DNA of 64,000 bases from Clostridia bacterium. Its GTDB lineage: Bacteria; Bacillota; Clostridia; RGIG6154. Shown in pieces: positions 29,961-39,074 of the stretch; position 1 is the stretch's first letter; each line of letters opens with the position of its first letter. A program made the position numbers and the translations under genes. Under the pieces are notes generated by a model. It was not told the DNA's origin. It ran no database searches and saw only the letters and a list, made by a program, of their open reading frames with translations. The DNA lies in contig JAZNOU010000020.1 in the NCBI GenBank assembly GCA_045589295.1, positions 1-64,000 of the forward strand, written 5' to 3'.

Positions 29961-30095
29961 TTATGCTGATAATTTGTTTCTACCTTTAGCTCTGCGTCTT
30001 GAAAGAACCTTTCTTCCATTTCTAGTGCTCATTCTTTTTCTAAAGCCGTGTTCCTTAGCTCTATGTCTCTTTTTAGGCTGATATGTTCTAAGCAT
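29961..30095 (-). CDS. rpmH: 50S ribosomal protein L34 (not in the ORF track)
   Basis: Hand translation [44 protein letters not shown]; GGAGG SD. Confidence 0.98.
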   Translation of the reverse strand: MLRTYQPKKRHRAKEHGFRKRMSTRNGRKVLSRRRAKGRNKLSA

Positions 30096-30127
30096 AAATA
30101 CACCTCCCGCTTAAATGCAATATATAG

Positions 30128-30156
30128 ATGATAACATAATTTGTATAAAAAGTCAA
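30128..30156 (-). promoter_or_regulatory. Putative sigma-A promoter of rpmH
   Basis: TTGACT, 17 bp spacer, TG-n-TATCAT on the minus strand. Confidence 0.65.
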
Positions 30157-30185
30157 CACTTTTTAAAAGTTTTTCAGTTTAAAAC

Positions 30186-31355
30186 TTATTTTAAAAGTTC
30201 TGCTTTATCTGTCTTTTCCCAAGCAACATCCAAATCAACTCTTCCAATATGACCATACGCTGCAAGTTGCTTGTAAACAGGCTTTCTCAAATCAAGCTGT
30301 TTGATAATAGCAGCCGGACGCATATCAAACACCTTTTTCACTCTGCTTACTATTTCAGTTTCTGCAATTTTTCCTGTTCCAAAAGTATCCACCATTACAG
30401 AAACAGGATTTGCTACGCCAATTGCGTACGCAAGCTGAACTTCACATTTATCTGCAAGGCCTGCTGCAACAATGTTTTTTGCAATATATCTTGCATAATA
30501 CGCGCCGCTTCTGTCAACTTTTGTCGGGTCTTTTCCTGAAAAAGCTCCGCCGCCGTGACGTGAATAGCCTCCATATGTATCAACAATAATCTTTCTTCCT
30601 GTAAGGCCTGTATCACCCTGTGGTCCGCCAATTACAAATCTTCCTGTAGGATTGATGAAAAATTTAGTATTTTCATCCAAAAGATTTTTAGGAACAGTTG
30701 TTTCAATAACTTCTCTTTTGACATCATCAAAAATTGTTTCGAGTTCAACCTCAGGATCGTGCTGAGTTGAAACAACAACCGTATCAATTCTTACAGGCTT
30801 GTCCCCTTCATACTCAACTGTAACCTGAGTTTTTCCATCGGGTCTTAAATATTTCAATGTGCCGTCTTTTCTTACTTTTGTAAGTTTTTTAGCCAAGTTA
30901 TGTGCAAGAACAATCGGCAAAGGCATAAGCTCTTCTGTTTCGTTACAAGCATATCCAAACATCATACCCTGGTCGCCTGCACCAACTTCTGCTTCAGCAT
31001 CAAGATTTCCATCTTTTGCTTCCTTTGCTTTATCAACACCCAACGCAATATCTTCTGACTGCTTGTCTATTGCAACCATAATGCCACAAGAGTTCGCGTC
31101 AAAACCCATATCAGATGAAGTATAGCCTATTTCTTTTACCGCTTCTCTTGCAACTTTGGCATAGTCAACTGTTGCAGTTGTTGAGATTTCACCCATTATA
31201 ACAACCATACCTGTTGTTGTGAATGTTTCGCAGGCAACTCTTGCACAAGGGTCAGTTTCATAAATAGCATCTAAAATAGAATCTGAAATTATATCACAAA
31301 CTTTGTCAGGATGTCCTTCTGTAACAGATTCAGATGTAAAAAGTCTTTTTTCCAT
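30186..31355 (-). CDS. metK: S-adenosylmethionine synthetase
   Basis: [27 protein letters not shown]. Confidence 0.98.
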   Translation of the reverse strand: MEKRLFTSESVTEGHPDKVCDIISDSILDAIYETDPCARVACETFTTTGMVVIMGEISTTATVDYAKVAREAVKEIGYTSSDMGFDANSCGIMVAIDKQSEDIALGVDKAKEAKDGNLDAEAEVGAGDQGMMFGYACNETEELMPLPIVLAHNLAKKLTKVRKDGTLKYLRPDGKTQVTVEYEGDKPVRIDTVVVSTQHDPEVELETIFDDVKREVIETTVPKNLLDENTKFFINPTGRFVIGGPQGDTGLTGRKIIVDTYGGYSRHGGGAFSGKDPTKVDRSGAYYARYIAKNIVAAGLADKCEVQLAYAIGVANPVSVMVDTFGTGKIAETEIVSRVKKVFDMRPAAIIKQLDLRKPVYKQLAAYGHIGRVDLDVAWEKTDKAELLK

Positions 31356-31373
31356 ATTAAAAAGCTCCTTTCT

Positions 31374-31835
31374 TTAAATCAAATGATAGCTCAAGAATGT
31401 AACAATCGCGCCCGCAACTGCAACACCTAATGCTATCCAAGGAACAGAATATTTCATTCTCATTCCAAGTATCGCAGCAATCATTGCACCTGTCCACGCT
31501 CCTGTACCTGGAGCAGGGATTGCGACAAAAACAAAAAGTGCAATTCCTGAATATTTGAGCACAGTTTCTGCTTTTTTCATTGTCCTTTTTTCCATCCAGT
31601 CAATGAACTTAACAAAAAACTTACTTCTCCTGATAAAACCAAAGATAGGTTTCATATATGCAATTATGAATGGTACGGGGAATATATTTCCAAGCACGCA
31701 TAATATATATGCAAGCTGCCATGGCACATCATAAGCAATTGCAATTGGAATTGCCCCTCTTAATTCAACAATGGGTACCATTGAAATGCCGAAAACAACT
31801 AAAAGTTCCTGCCACATCTCCATTATATAATTCAT
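31374..31835 (-). CDS. Putative small multi-drug export family membrane protein
   Basis: SMVPIVELRGAIP, FVAIPAPGTGAWTG; likely start MNYIM at 31835. Confidence 0.85.
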   Translation of the reverse strand: MNYIMEMWQELLVVFGISMVPIVELRGAIPIAIAYDVPWQLAYILCVLGNIFPVPFIIAYMKPIFGFIRRSKFFVKFIDWMEKRTMKKAETVLKYSGIALFVFVAIPAPGTGAWTGAMIAAILGMRMKYSVPWIALGVAVAGAIVTFLSYHLI

Positions 31836-31914
31836 AACATTATCTCCATATCCATCATTTATCTTTTCCAAATGGTTATTATACTATATTTTTTCATTTT
31901 TTGCAACTATTTTT

Positions 31915-33336
31915 CTAAAATTTACATCTTACCGTAACAATCTGCACTTTAGGTTCTTTATCAAAATCAGCTATTACTTTCAATATTGAAGGCGTACCAA
32001 TAAGCCTTAAAGTAATTTCAAGGTCTTTTTTTGTGTTCCATATTGCAGTTGCAACCGTATCTGAATTGTCTGATTTTTCAAGGACAGCAAAATTAGTTCC
32101 CACAGTTTTTCCGTAAACTGGTTTATTAAATCCTGCCGTAAACTGAAAATCCTTTTCATCTGAAATTAAAGTAACAAGCACCTCATCCTTATCAAAGTTG
32201 AATTTAGCGGCTTTATATATACATTTTTTAGGAATTTCATAAATATTTCCGTTTATGATATTAGCAATAGGCGACATTTCAGAAAACTTATAAGTTGTAC
32301 GTAGGTTTGCAAGAATATTCTCCAGTTTTTCAAAACTTTTGGCATCTTCCTCAAGTGATCCGGATTGCATATTAAACATAATGTTTTCGTAAAACGAATC
32401 TAATATATAGCTAAGCTGTTTGTTGTCGTATCCTGAATTTACAACAAACACTGCATCATAGTCAGGCATTATCACACACATTTGTCCAAAGGCACCACAC
32501 AAACGTGTGGTATTATATCTTCCTTTCCAGAGCTGGTAGCAATAACCTTGCTGCCAATCTACACCTGTGCCGCAATTTTCTGTTGAAATATGTTTTTGCA
32601 TAGCAGTTTCTATCCAATTCTTAGATATAAGCTGTTTTCCATTCCACACTCCGCCATTAAGATAAAAATGCCCAATCTTTGCCAAGTCACGTGCTTTCAT
32701 ACGCATACCTGTATAACCTATATTAATACCTATTTCATCCTTTATGTAATACGGCTTGTCTATATCTAATGGTTCGAATAATCTTGGCATAAGGTATTCA
32801 ACAACATTCATGCCTGTGAGTTTTTTTACAAGAGCTGCGAGCATATATGTACCATAAGCATCATAGCGAAACTCTTTACCGCACTCAATATCATTGTTTC
32901 TGTAAAAGAAGTCATAAAACATAATGTCGGACATATCGCCTCTGTTCTGACTTTCGTGAACAGCACCCCCTTGCTGTCCAAACGACATACAAAGCAAGTC
33001 GTGAATTTTTATTTTAAAGTTCTCTTTGTTTACATCTTCAGTAATCAATTCAGGGAAATATGTATACATGTAATCATCAATATTTATTTTGCCTTCTTCG
33101 ACTAAAAAACCTATAGCCATACTGGTAAAGGATTTGCTTACAGAAAAAAGCGAATGTTCTGTTTCACTATTGTAAGGGGCAAAATACCCCTCACAAACTA
33201 ATTTACCGTGCCTTAAAAGCACAAATGAATGTGTTTCAAGTGTATCAGGCACCTGACACAGTGCATCAATAAAATCAATAATATTTTTCGAGCTTATTCC
33301 ACAAGACTCGGGGGTGGCTTTTTCAAAAAAACTCAC
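31915..33336 (-). CDS. Serine hydrolase, beta-lactamase/AmpC superfamily
   Basis: SxxK (FSVSKS), FRYD in place of YxN, GYCYQLW, GAFGQ; no signal peptide. Confidence 0.85.
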   Translation of the reverse strand: MSFFEKATPESCGISSKNIIDFIDALCQVPDTLETHSFVLLRHGKLVCEGYFAPYNSETEHSLFSVSKSFTSMAIGFLVEEGKINIDDYMYTYFPELITEDVNKENFKIKIHDLLCMSFGQQGGAVHESQNRGDMSDIMFYDFFYRNNDIECGKEFRYDAYGTYMLAALVKKLTGMNVVEYLMPRLFEPLDIDKPYYIKDEIGINIGYTGMRMKARDLAKIGHFYLNGGVWNGKQLISKNWIETAMQKHISTENCGTGVDWQQGYCYQLWKGRYNTTRLCGAFGQMCVIMPDYDAVFVVNSGYDNKQLSYILDSFYENIMFNMQSGSLEEDAKSFEKLENILANLRTTYKFSEMSPIANIINGNIYEIPKKCIYKAAKFNFDKDEVLVTLISDEKDFQFTAGFNKPVYGKTVGTNFAVLEKSDNSDTVATAIWNTKKDLEITLRLIGTPSILKVIADFDKEPKVQIVTVRCKF

Positions 33337-33392
33337 GAATCATTCCTCCATTATTAATCTTTTGTAAAATTTCACACATATAGCGTTAATAA

Positions 33393-34382
33393 TTAAACAA
33401 CAATTGCATCAATTTCATCAAGTTCTTCTTTTGCAAATTTAATATTGTCAGTCATTTTAAGATTTTCTCTTATTTGCTCAGGTTTTGAAGCACCAATCAA
33501 AACGCTTGTTATACCTTCTTTACTGTAAACCCACGACAATGCCATTTGCGCAAGAGTTTGTCCTCTTCTTTCAGCAATCTTATTTAACTTTTCTATTTTT
33601 TCAATCTTTTCACCAGATATAGAGTTTTCGTTTAAAAATCTGCCGTCTGTTTTTACTCTGCTGTCACCTGGAATTCCATTTAAATATCTGTCAGAAAGCA
33701 GCCCCTGAGCAAGAGGACTGAAAATTATCATACCTTTTTTTAATTCAATTGCACTTTTAAGTATTCCGTTTTTCTCAACTGTTCTGTCAAAAATCGAATA
33801 TCTGTTTTGATTAATTACAAAAGGGCAATGAAGTTCATTCAGTATACTTGCCGCTTTTTTCATAGTTTCACCATCATAGTTTGACAATCCCACATAAAGT
33901 GCCTTGCCGCTTTTTACTATGCTGTCAAGTGCCCACATAGTTTCATAAAGCGGTGTGTCAAAATCCATTCTGTGATGGTAAAAAATATCAACATAGTCAA
34001 CATTCATTCTTTTCAGGCTTTGGTCAAGGCTTGCAGTTAAATATTTTTTACTTCCATTATCCCCATACGGACCGGGCCACATATAATATCCCGCTTTTGT
34101 GCTGATTATCATTTCATCACGATAATTTTTCAAATGATTTCCAAGTATCTTGCCAAAATTAATTTCTGCACTTCCTGGCTCAGGACCGTAGTTATTCGCT
34201 AAATCAAAATGTGTAATTCCATTATCAAACGCAGTAAAACACATTTTACACATATTGTCATAGTCAGCATTATCTCCGAAATTATGCCATAACCCCAATG
34301 ACACTGCCGGAAGCTTTAATCCACTTTCACCGCATTTCCTATACTCAGCAGTTTCGTATCTTTTTGAATTTGCAATATGCAT
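33393..34382 (-). CDS. Aldo/keto reductase (YghZ/Gpr-like)
   Basis: SLGLWHNFG, FDLANNYG, STKAGY, DIFYHHR, FSPLAQG. Confidence 0.92.
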   Translation of the reverse strand: MHIANSKRYETAEYRKCGESGLKLPAVSLGLWHNFGDNADYDNMCKMCFTAFDNGITHFDLANNYGPEPGSAEINFGKILGNHLKNYRDEMIISTKAGYYMWPGPYGDNGSKKYLTASLDQSLKRMNVDYVDIFYHHRMDFDTPLYETMWALDSIVKSGKALYVGLSNYDGETMKKAASILNELHCPFVINQNRYSIFDRTVEKNGILKSAIELKKGMIIFSPLAQGLLSDRYLNGIPGDSRVKTDGRFLNENSISGEKIEKIEKLNKIAERRGQTLAQMALSWVYSKEGITSVLIGASKPEQIRENLKMTDNIKFAKEELDEIDAIVV

Positions 34383-34540
34383 AATTACACCTCTTTTTTA
34401 TGCTCTGTATATTCTCCTTTTTATGCCAGATATATACATATTTATTTTATCACAACAGACGCCAAATTTCAATGTTAAAAGTGAAAATGATTGCAATTGT
34501 ACTTTGCGTGATATATAATTAAATAAAAGGAGGTATTACT

Positions 34541-35146
34541 ATGAACAGAATTGAACTTAAAGAAATGGCAAAAGCCCAGATAAGAGGCAACATTGGTATA
34601 CTTTTTGTATGCGTTTTAATTTGCACAATAATTACAAGTGCGGTTTCTGCAATACCCAGCATAGGGACCATTGCAACAATTGCGCTCTCTGCTCCACTTG
34701 ACATCGGACTTATATCCATTTTCTTAAAGCTAAGAAATGGCGAGTCACCTAGAATAGAAGAACTTTTTAATCACTTTGATTGTTTGGCTCACGCTATTTT
34801 GCTTTATATTTTAATTGCATTATTTTCAGCACTGTGGTCATTGCTTTTTATTATTCCCGGAATTGTTGCATATCTTTCATATTCAATGGCGCCTTATATT
34901 TTGGCAGAAAACAAAAGTCTTACCGCAATCCAGGCATTAAATGCGAGCAAGAAAATGATGGCAGGTCACAAAACTGATTTATTTGTGCTATATCTTTCTT
35001 TTATCGGCTGGGGATTTGTAGTAGCCGTTACTTTTGGCATTGCAGGAATTTACGTTTTTCCTTATATGCAGGCAACACTTGCTAATTTCTACTGCAGCAT
35101 CAAAGACGGCTTTTCCCACACATCTTTTGAAGTCTACGACGAATAA
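34541..35146 (+). CDS. DUF975 family membrane protein
   Basis: R.ELK.MAK, WSLLFIIPGI, YSMAPYIL, SKKMMAGHK.DLF. Confidence 0.85.
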   Translation: MNRIELKEMAKAQIRGNIGILFVCVLICTIITSAVSAIPSIGTIATIALSAPLDIGLISIFLKLRNGESPRIEELFNHFDCLAHAILLYILIALFSALWSLLFIIPGIVAYLSYSMAPYILAENKSLTAIQALNASKKMMAGHKTDLFVLYLSFIGWGFVVAVTFGIAGIYVFPYMQATLANFYCSIKDGFSHTSFEVYDE

Positions 35147-35161
35147 CTACTAACAAAAATC

Positions 35162-35189
35162 AAAGCCACCTTAAAGGTGGCTTATTTTT
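35162..35189. terminator. Terminator between convergent genes
   Basis: AAGCCACC-TTAAA-GGTGGCTT. Confidence 0.7.
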
Positions 35190-36015
35190 ATGCGTTTTCA
35201 ATTACTGAAATTGTTTCATCCAACAAGTTTGTTTCAATTTCTTCAATCTTACCTTGGTCGCATTTTGCTGCAAATTCGGGATTGATAGGAAGCTGAGCTA
35301 AAACTTTCAAGCTGTATTCCTTAGCTACTTCATCAATCTTACTCTTGCCGAAAACATCAATTTTTTTGCCACAATCAGGGCACTGTAAATAACTGTAGTT
35401 TTCAACAAGTCCCAAAACAGGGATATTCATAAGGTATGCCATTTTAACAGCTTTACCTACAATCATTGAAACCAAATCCTGAGGTGAGGTTACAATGATA
35501 ATCCCGTCTAACGGAAGGCTCTGGAAAACTGTAAGAGCAACATCACCTGTTCCCGGAGGCATATCAACAAACATATAATCAACATCATTCCACACAACAT
35601 CTGTCCAGAACTGTTTAACCGCACCTGCAATAACGGGTCCGCGCCACACAACCGGGTCTGTTTCTTCGGGAAGCAGAAGATTTGTTGACATAATCTGAAT
35701 TCCACCCTCACTTGTAACAGGAATAAGACCTGTATCATCACCTGTTGCTTTTTCTTTTATTCCAAATGCTTTGGGGATTGAGGGTCCTGTAATATCAGCA
35801 TCTAAAATAGCTGTCTGAAAACCTTTTTTATTCATTTTTGACGCAAGTAAAGATGTTACCAAAGATTTACCTACTCCACCTTTACCGCTTATAACACCAA
35901 TAACCTTTTTAACGCTTGATTTTTCGTTTAAAGGTTCAATTAAACTTGCAGGTTCTCTGCTTGAACAGTTTGAACTGCAAGTGCTGCAATCGTGTGTACA
36001 TTCACTCATTTCCAT
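35188..36015 (-). CDS. Mrp/NBP35 (ApbC) Fe-S cluster carrier ATPase
   Basis: Cys-rich N-terminus, SGKGGVGKS, DADITGPSIP, DMPPGTGD, CPDC. Confidence 0.93.
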   Translation of the reverse strand: MEMSECTHDCSTCSSNCSSREPASLIEPLNEKSSVKKVIGVISGKGGVGKSLVTSLLASKMNKKGFQTAILDADITGPSIPKAFGIKEKATGDDTGLIPVTSEGGIQIMSTNLLLPEETDPVVWRGPVIAGAVKQFWTDVVWNDVDYMFVDMPPGTGDVALTVFQSLPLDGIIIVTSPQDLVSMIVGKAVKMAYLMNIPVLGLVENYSYLQCPDCGKKIDVFGKSKIDEVAKEYSLKVLAQLPINPEFAAKCDQGKIEEIETNLLDETISVIENA

Positions 36016-36024
36016 CTTCCTTTC

Positions 36025-37236
36025 TTATCTTTTATAAGCTTCTTCAAAGAAATACTCAAAATACTGACCAAAATCAATTCCCGAAATCACTCTGTCTTTA
36101 TAAGCATCTCTTAAGTTTACCAATGCACGTTTTAAAGAATCGCCCTCAATACCATTTCTCATTGAAAGATACGCCTCTAAGTATGCTGATAAATGGTCGC
36201 ATGCTCTTATAATCTTGCCATCAATCGGATTAAAGATTTTTTCGTTATACTTTTCTGTAATTTCTTCTGATGAAACAGTTTGAATTTTTCCGTTTTTAGT
36301 AATTTTTGAAGAAAATTCATCATTGGTGTAATATTCAAGTTGCTCTGTCCAATTATTTGGAATAAGCGGATAAATAATATCCCTCATATGACTTTCTTCA
36401 ATTTCTTTTATGATTTCATCAAGACCCTCAACACCATTTTTAACCGGTGATATTATGTCTCTTGTTAAAACTTCGGGCAAATCATGAAAAAGTGCACCAA
36501 AGAAGTTGTTTTCTATTCGCTTGTTGCATCCGTTTGTTTCTAAAGTGAAAAAGTATGATAAAACCGCAACCACAAAAGTATGTGCCATAACAGAAGTCTG
36601 CGGAATTCTTGCCGTCGCTGTCCATCTTTGCTGAAACCTTAGCTGTCCAATCAAATTCAAAAAATTTGTAAGTTCAGGTGTCTGATAAAACAAGCGTTTG
36701 CCTTCAAACCATTTACATCTTGCAAGACCTTCATTAACTTCATTTTTAGTCTTCTCAATGTTATACATACTGATATTCAAAGGATAAATTATATCAAATT
36801 CCCACTTAGTAGCCAAATAGTGCGCAAATCTTATTATGTCACGCTCTACAGAGCTATAGTTAATATCAGTAAAATAAAGATGCATATTTCGCTTAAAATC
36901 GCCCTTTATTTCATCTAAATAGGGTGCGAGCTCTTTTTCGACATATTCGTCTATTTTATAGCCCATTTCTTTTTTAAGTTTATGATAAATGGGAGGCTTT
37001 ATATCTGTCAAAATTACCCTGTGCAAAAATTCAGCAATAATACCTTCAATAAGCTTGACATAATCTACCTTTCCGCCTGCATCTTCGTGGCATTTTGCAA
37101 GAACAAAGGCATAAAAAGTTTTATGCGCCTGCTTGTCCATTTCCACAAAGCCTGTTCCCGGTCTTATATGGTCGTTCCATCTCTGGATAACAGTAGCATC
37201 GTGTATTAAAGTTATAAGTTCAGGTTTAAACACCAA
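36025..37236 (-). CDS. HD-domain protein with two YfbR-like halves
   Basis: Two RW motifs; C-terminal half has SVMAHT, LFHDLPE..TRDI, CDHL. Confidence 0.8.
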   Translation of the reverse strand: MVFKPELITLIHDATVIQRWNDHIRPGTGFVEMDKQAHKTFYAFVLAKCHEDAGGKVDYVKLIEGIIAEFLHRVILTDIKPPIYHKLKKEMGYKIDEYVEKELAPYLDEIKGDFKRNMHLYFTDINYSSVERDIIRFAHYLATKWEFDIIYPLNISMYNIEKTKNEVNEGLARCKWFEGKRLFYQTPELTNFLNLIGQLRFQQRWTATARIPQTSVMAHTFVVAVLSYFFTLETNGCNKRIENNFFGALFHDLPEVLTRDIISPVKNGVEGLDEIIKEIEESHMRDIIYPLIPNNWTEQLEYYTNDEFSSKITKNGKIQTVSSEEITEKYNEKIFNPIDGKIIRACDHLSAYLEAYLSMRNGIEGDSLKRALVNLRDAYKDRVISGIDFGQYFEYFFEEAYKR

Positions 37237-37346
37237 AACACCACCCTTTCAACATCTTAAAAATTTTATCACATACTTAATTGTTTGTCAAACATAAAAA
37301 CATACTCATTTGCATATATTTTACTATATTGCAAAGGAGGATTTTT

Positions 37347-37613
37347 ATGAACAAAACATCAGATTTCAGACAAAAAGAAGTAATAAACATTTATGACGGA
37401 AAACGCCTTGGATATGTATGTGATGTTGATATTGATATATCAACAGGAAAACTAAACGCTATCATTATTCCTGGCAGAGCAAAATTTTTGGGTTTTTTAG
37501 GTGCTGTTGAGGATTATGTTATCCCCTGGAATAATATAAAGACAGTCGGCGAGGATATAATTTTAGTTGATTATATCATACCGTCCGAAGTTTCAACGTT
37601 AAAACATGCTTAG
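37347..37613 (+). CDS. YlmC/YmxH family PRC-barrel sporulation protein
   Basis: KEVINIYDGKRLG, IPWNNIKTVGEDIILVD; AAGGAGG before ATG 37347. Confidence 0.92.
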   Translation: MNKTSDFRQKEVINIYDGKRLGYVCDVDIDISTGKLNAIIIPGRAKFLGFLGAVEDYVIPWNNIKTVGEDIILVDYIIPSEVSTLKHA

Positions 37614-38368
37614 TTTTCTAAAATATTCAGATTTCTTATTAAAACTTGCTTACCGCGCCAAGAAAAAGCGCGGTTTTGATATTTTTCTTTAAATTCCCTA
37701 TTTGAAAGCCCTTCAAAATCACTTTTTTTAATGCTTGTAATTCTGTTGGTTTTAAAATCTTCAAGAGGTGTAATTTTAAAATCATTCATTGGGCAAACCA
37801 TCTGGCATACATCGCAACCAAATGCACATTTACTTTCTTTTATAAGACTTTTTTCAAATTCCGAAAGCTCACCTTTTTTCTGTGTTATGTGTGACACACA
37901 TTTTGTAAAATCCTTGTTTTCAAGCGCACCTGAAGGACATTTTTTTATACACTTGTTACAATTCATACACTCATTTTTTAAAGGCTTGTCTATCTTAAGC
38001 GGCATATCTGTCATAACATAACCTATGAAATGAAATGTGCCATATTTATCATTAATCAAAAGTCCATTTTTGCCTATAACACCCAGCCCTGCACTGTATG
38101 CAAGCATAATATCATTATTAGGACTTACGTCAACATAAATTTCTGTTTTAAAATCGCCTTGGGTTTTAATAAACTGTGCAACCTTTTCTAAATATTTCTT
38201 TACGATAATATGATAATCTTCAGAATATGCGTAAACAGATATGTTCGAGTTACATTCTTTACCTGTGTAGTACGGAAAAAGCATTACCACGGCATAAAAA
38301 TCACCCGCTTTGCAAAAACCAAAGCGGTCAATTCCCATATTTAAGATATGTTCACTCAAACTCTTCAT
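37610..38368 (-). CDS. queG: Epoxyqueuosine reductase-like Fe-S protein
   Basis: YA..EDYH, AGLG.IGKN, CxxCxxCxxxCP, GCDVCQMVCP. Confidence 0.82.
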   Translation of the reverse strand: MKSLSEHILNMGIDRFGFCKAGDFYAVVMLFPYYTGKECNSNISVYAYSEDYHIIVKKYLEKVAQFIKTQGDFKTEIYVDVSPNNDIMLAYSAGLGVIGKNGLLINDKYGTFHFIGYVMTDMPLKIDKPLKNECMNCNKCIKKCPSGALENKDFTKCVSHITQKKGELSEFEKSLIKESKCAFGCDVCQMVCPMNDFKITPLEDFKTNRITSIKKSDFEGLSNREFKEKYQNRAFSWRGKQVLIRNLNILEN

Positions 38369-39074
38369 TTATATTCACCGTAATAATTCCTACGTATATT
38401 TGCTTACATCCTGCTTTTTTGAGCATTTTAGCACTTTCATCTATGGTTGCACCCGTTGTATAAACATCATCTATCAACAAAACTTTGTCATACTTTCCGC
38501 CCTTATAAATAATTTTATCTTTAAGATTTGTTTTTCTTAATTTTGCACTTAGTTTATTTTGCGAGACCGTGCCTTCCTTTTTAAACAAAAGTTCTTTATA
38601 AGGAATGCCTGAAAGTTTGCTTACAACTTTGCACAAATCTTTGGTATGCTCTGTCCTTAGATTTATCCCATTGGTTTTCCCCGACGGTGCAGGAATAATT
38701 ATATCAAATTTAGTTTCCAAATTATATTCTTTTATTCTGTCCCAGAGCATTCTTCCTAAACTGTTTGCTATCTCTGTCCTTTGCCCAAACTTGTACTTTT
38801 TTATTATTTCAGAACACACATCATCATATATAAGCGGAGAAATAATATACTCAAATCTGACATTTTCACCCGCGCAATATTTACAGTGAGGTATGTAAGC
38901 ATTTATATCCATAGGTTTTTTGCAAACAGGGCAGACTCTTAAAGGACTTATTTTTATAATTTTCTTACACTTTTGACATATATGAGGATAGTCTTTGTCT
39001 ACATCAACAAGCTCATCGCAACACATACATTTGGGTGGAAAGAAAATTCTGGTGATTTTTTCTAAAATTGTCAT
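38352..39074 (-). CDS. comF: ComF family protein (Zn ribbons plus PRTase fold)
   Basis: Four CxxC pairs; LIDDVYTTGAT. Confidence 0.88.
   Translation of the reverse strand: MTILEKITRIFFPPKCMCCDELVDVDKDYPHICQKCKKIIKISPLRVCPVCKKPMDINAYIPHCKYCAGENVRFEYIISPLIYDDVCSEIIKKYKFGQRTEIANSLGRMLWDRIKEYNLETKFDIIIPAPSGKTNGINLRTEHTKDLCKVVSKLSGIPYKELLFKKEGTVSQNKLSAKLRKTNLKDKIIYKGGKYDKVLLIDDVYTTGATIDESAKMLKKAGCKQIYVGIITVNINEEFE

Noticed and set aside
31356-31373. SAM riboswitch ahead of metK
   Set aside because: Only 18 bp of intergenic space
31915-33336. Beta-lactam resistance gene
   Set aside because: No signal peptide and lacks YxN; more likely an esterase/amidase of the same fold
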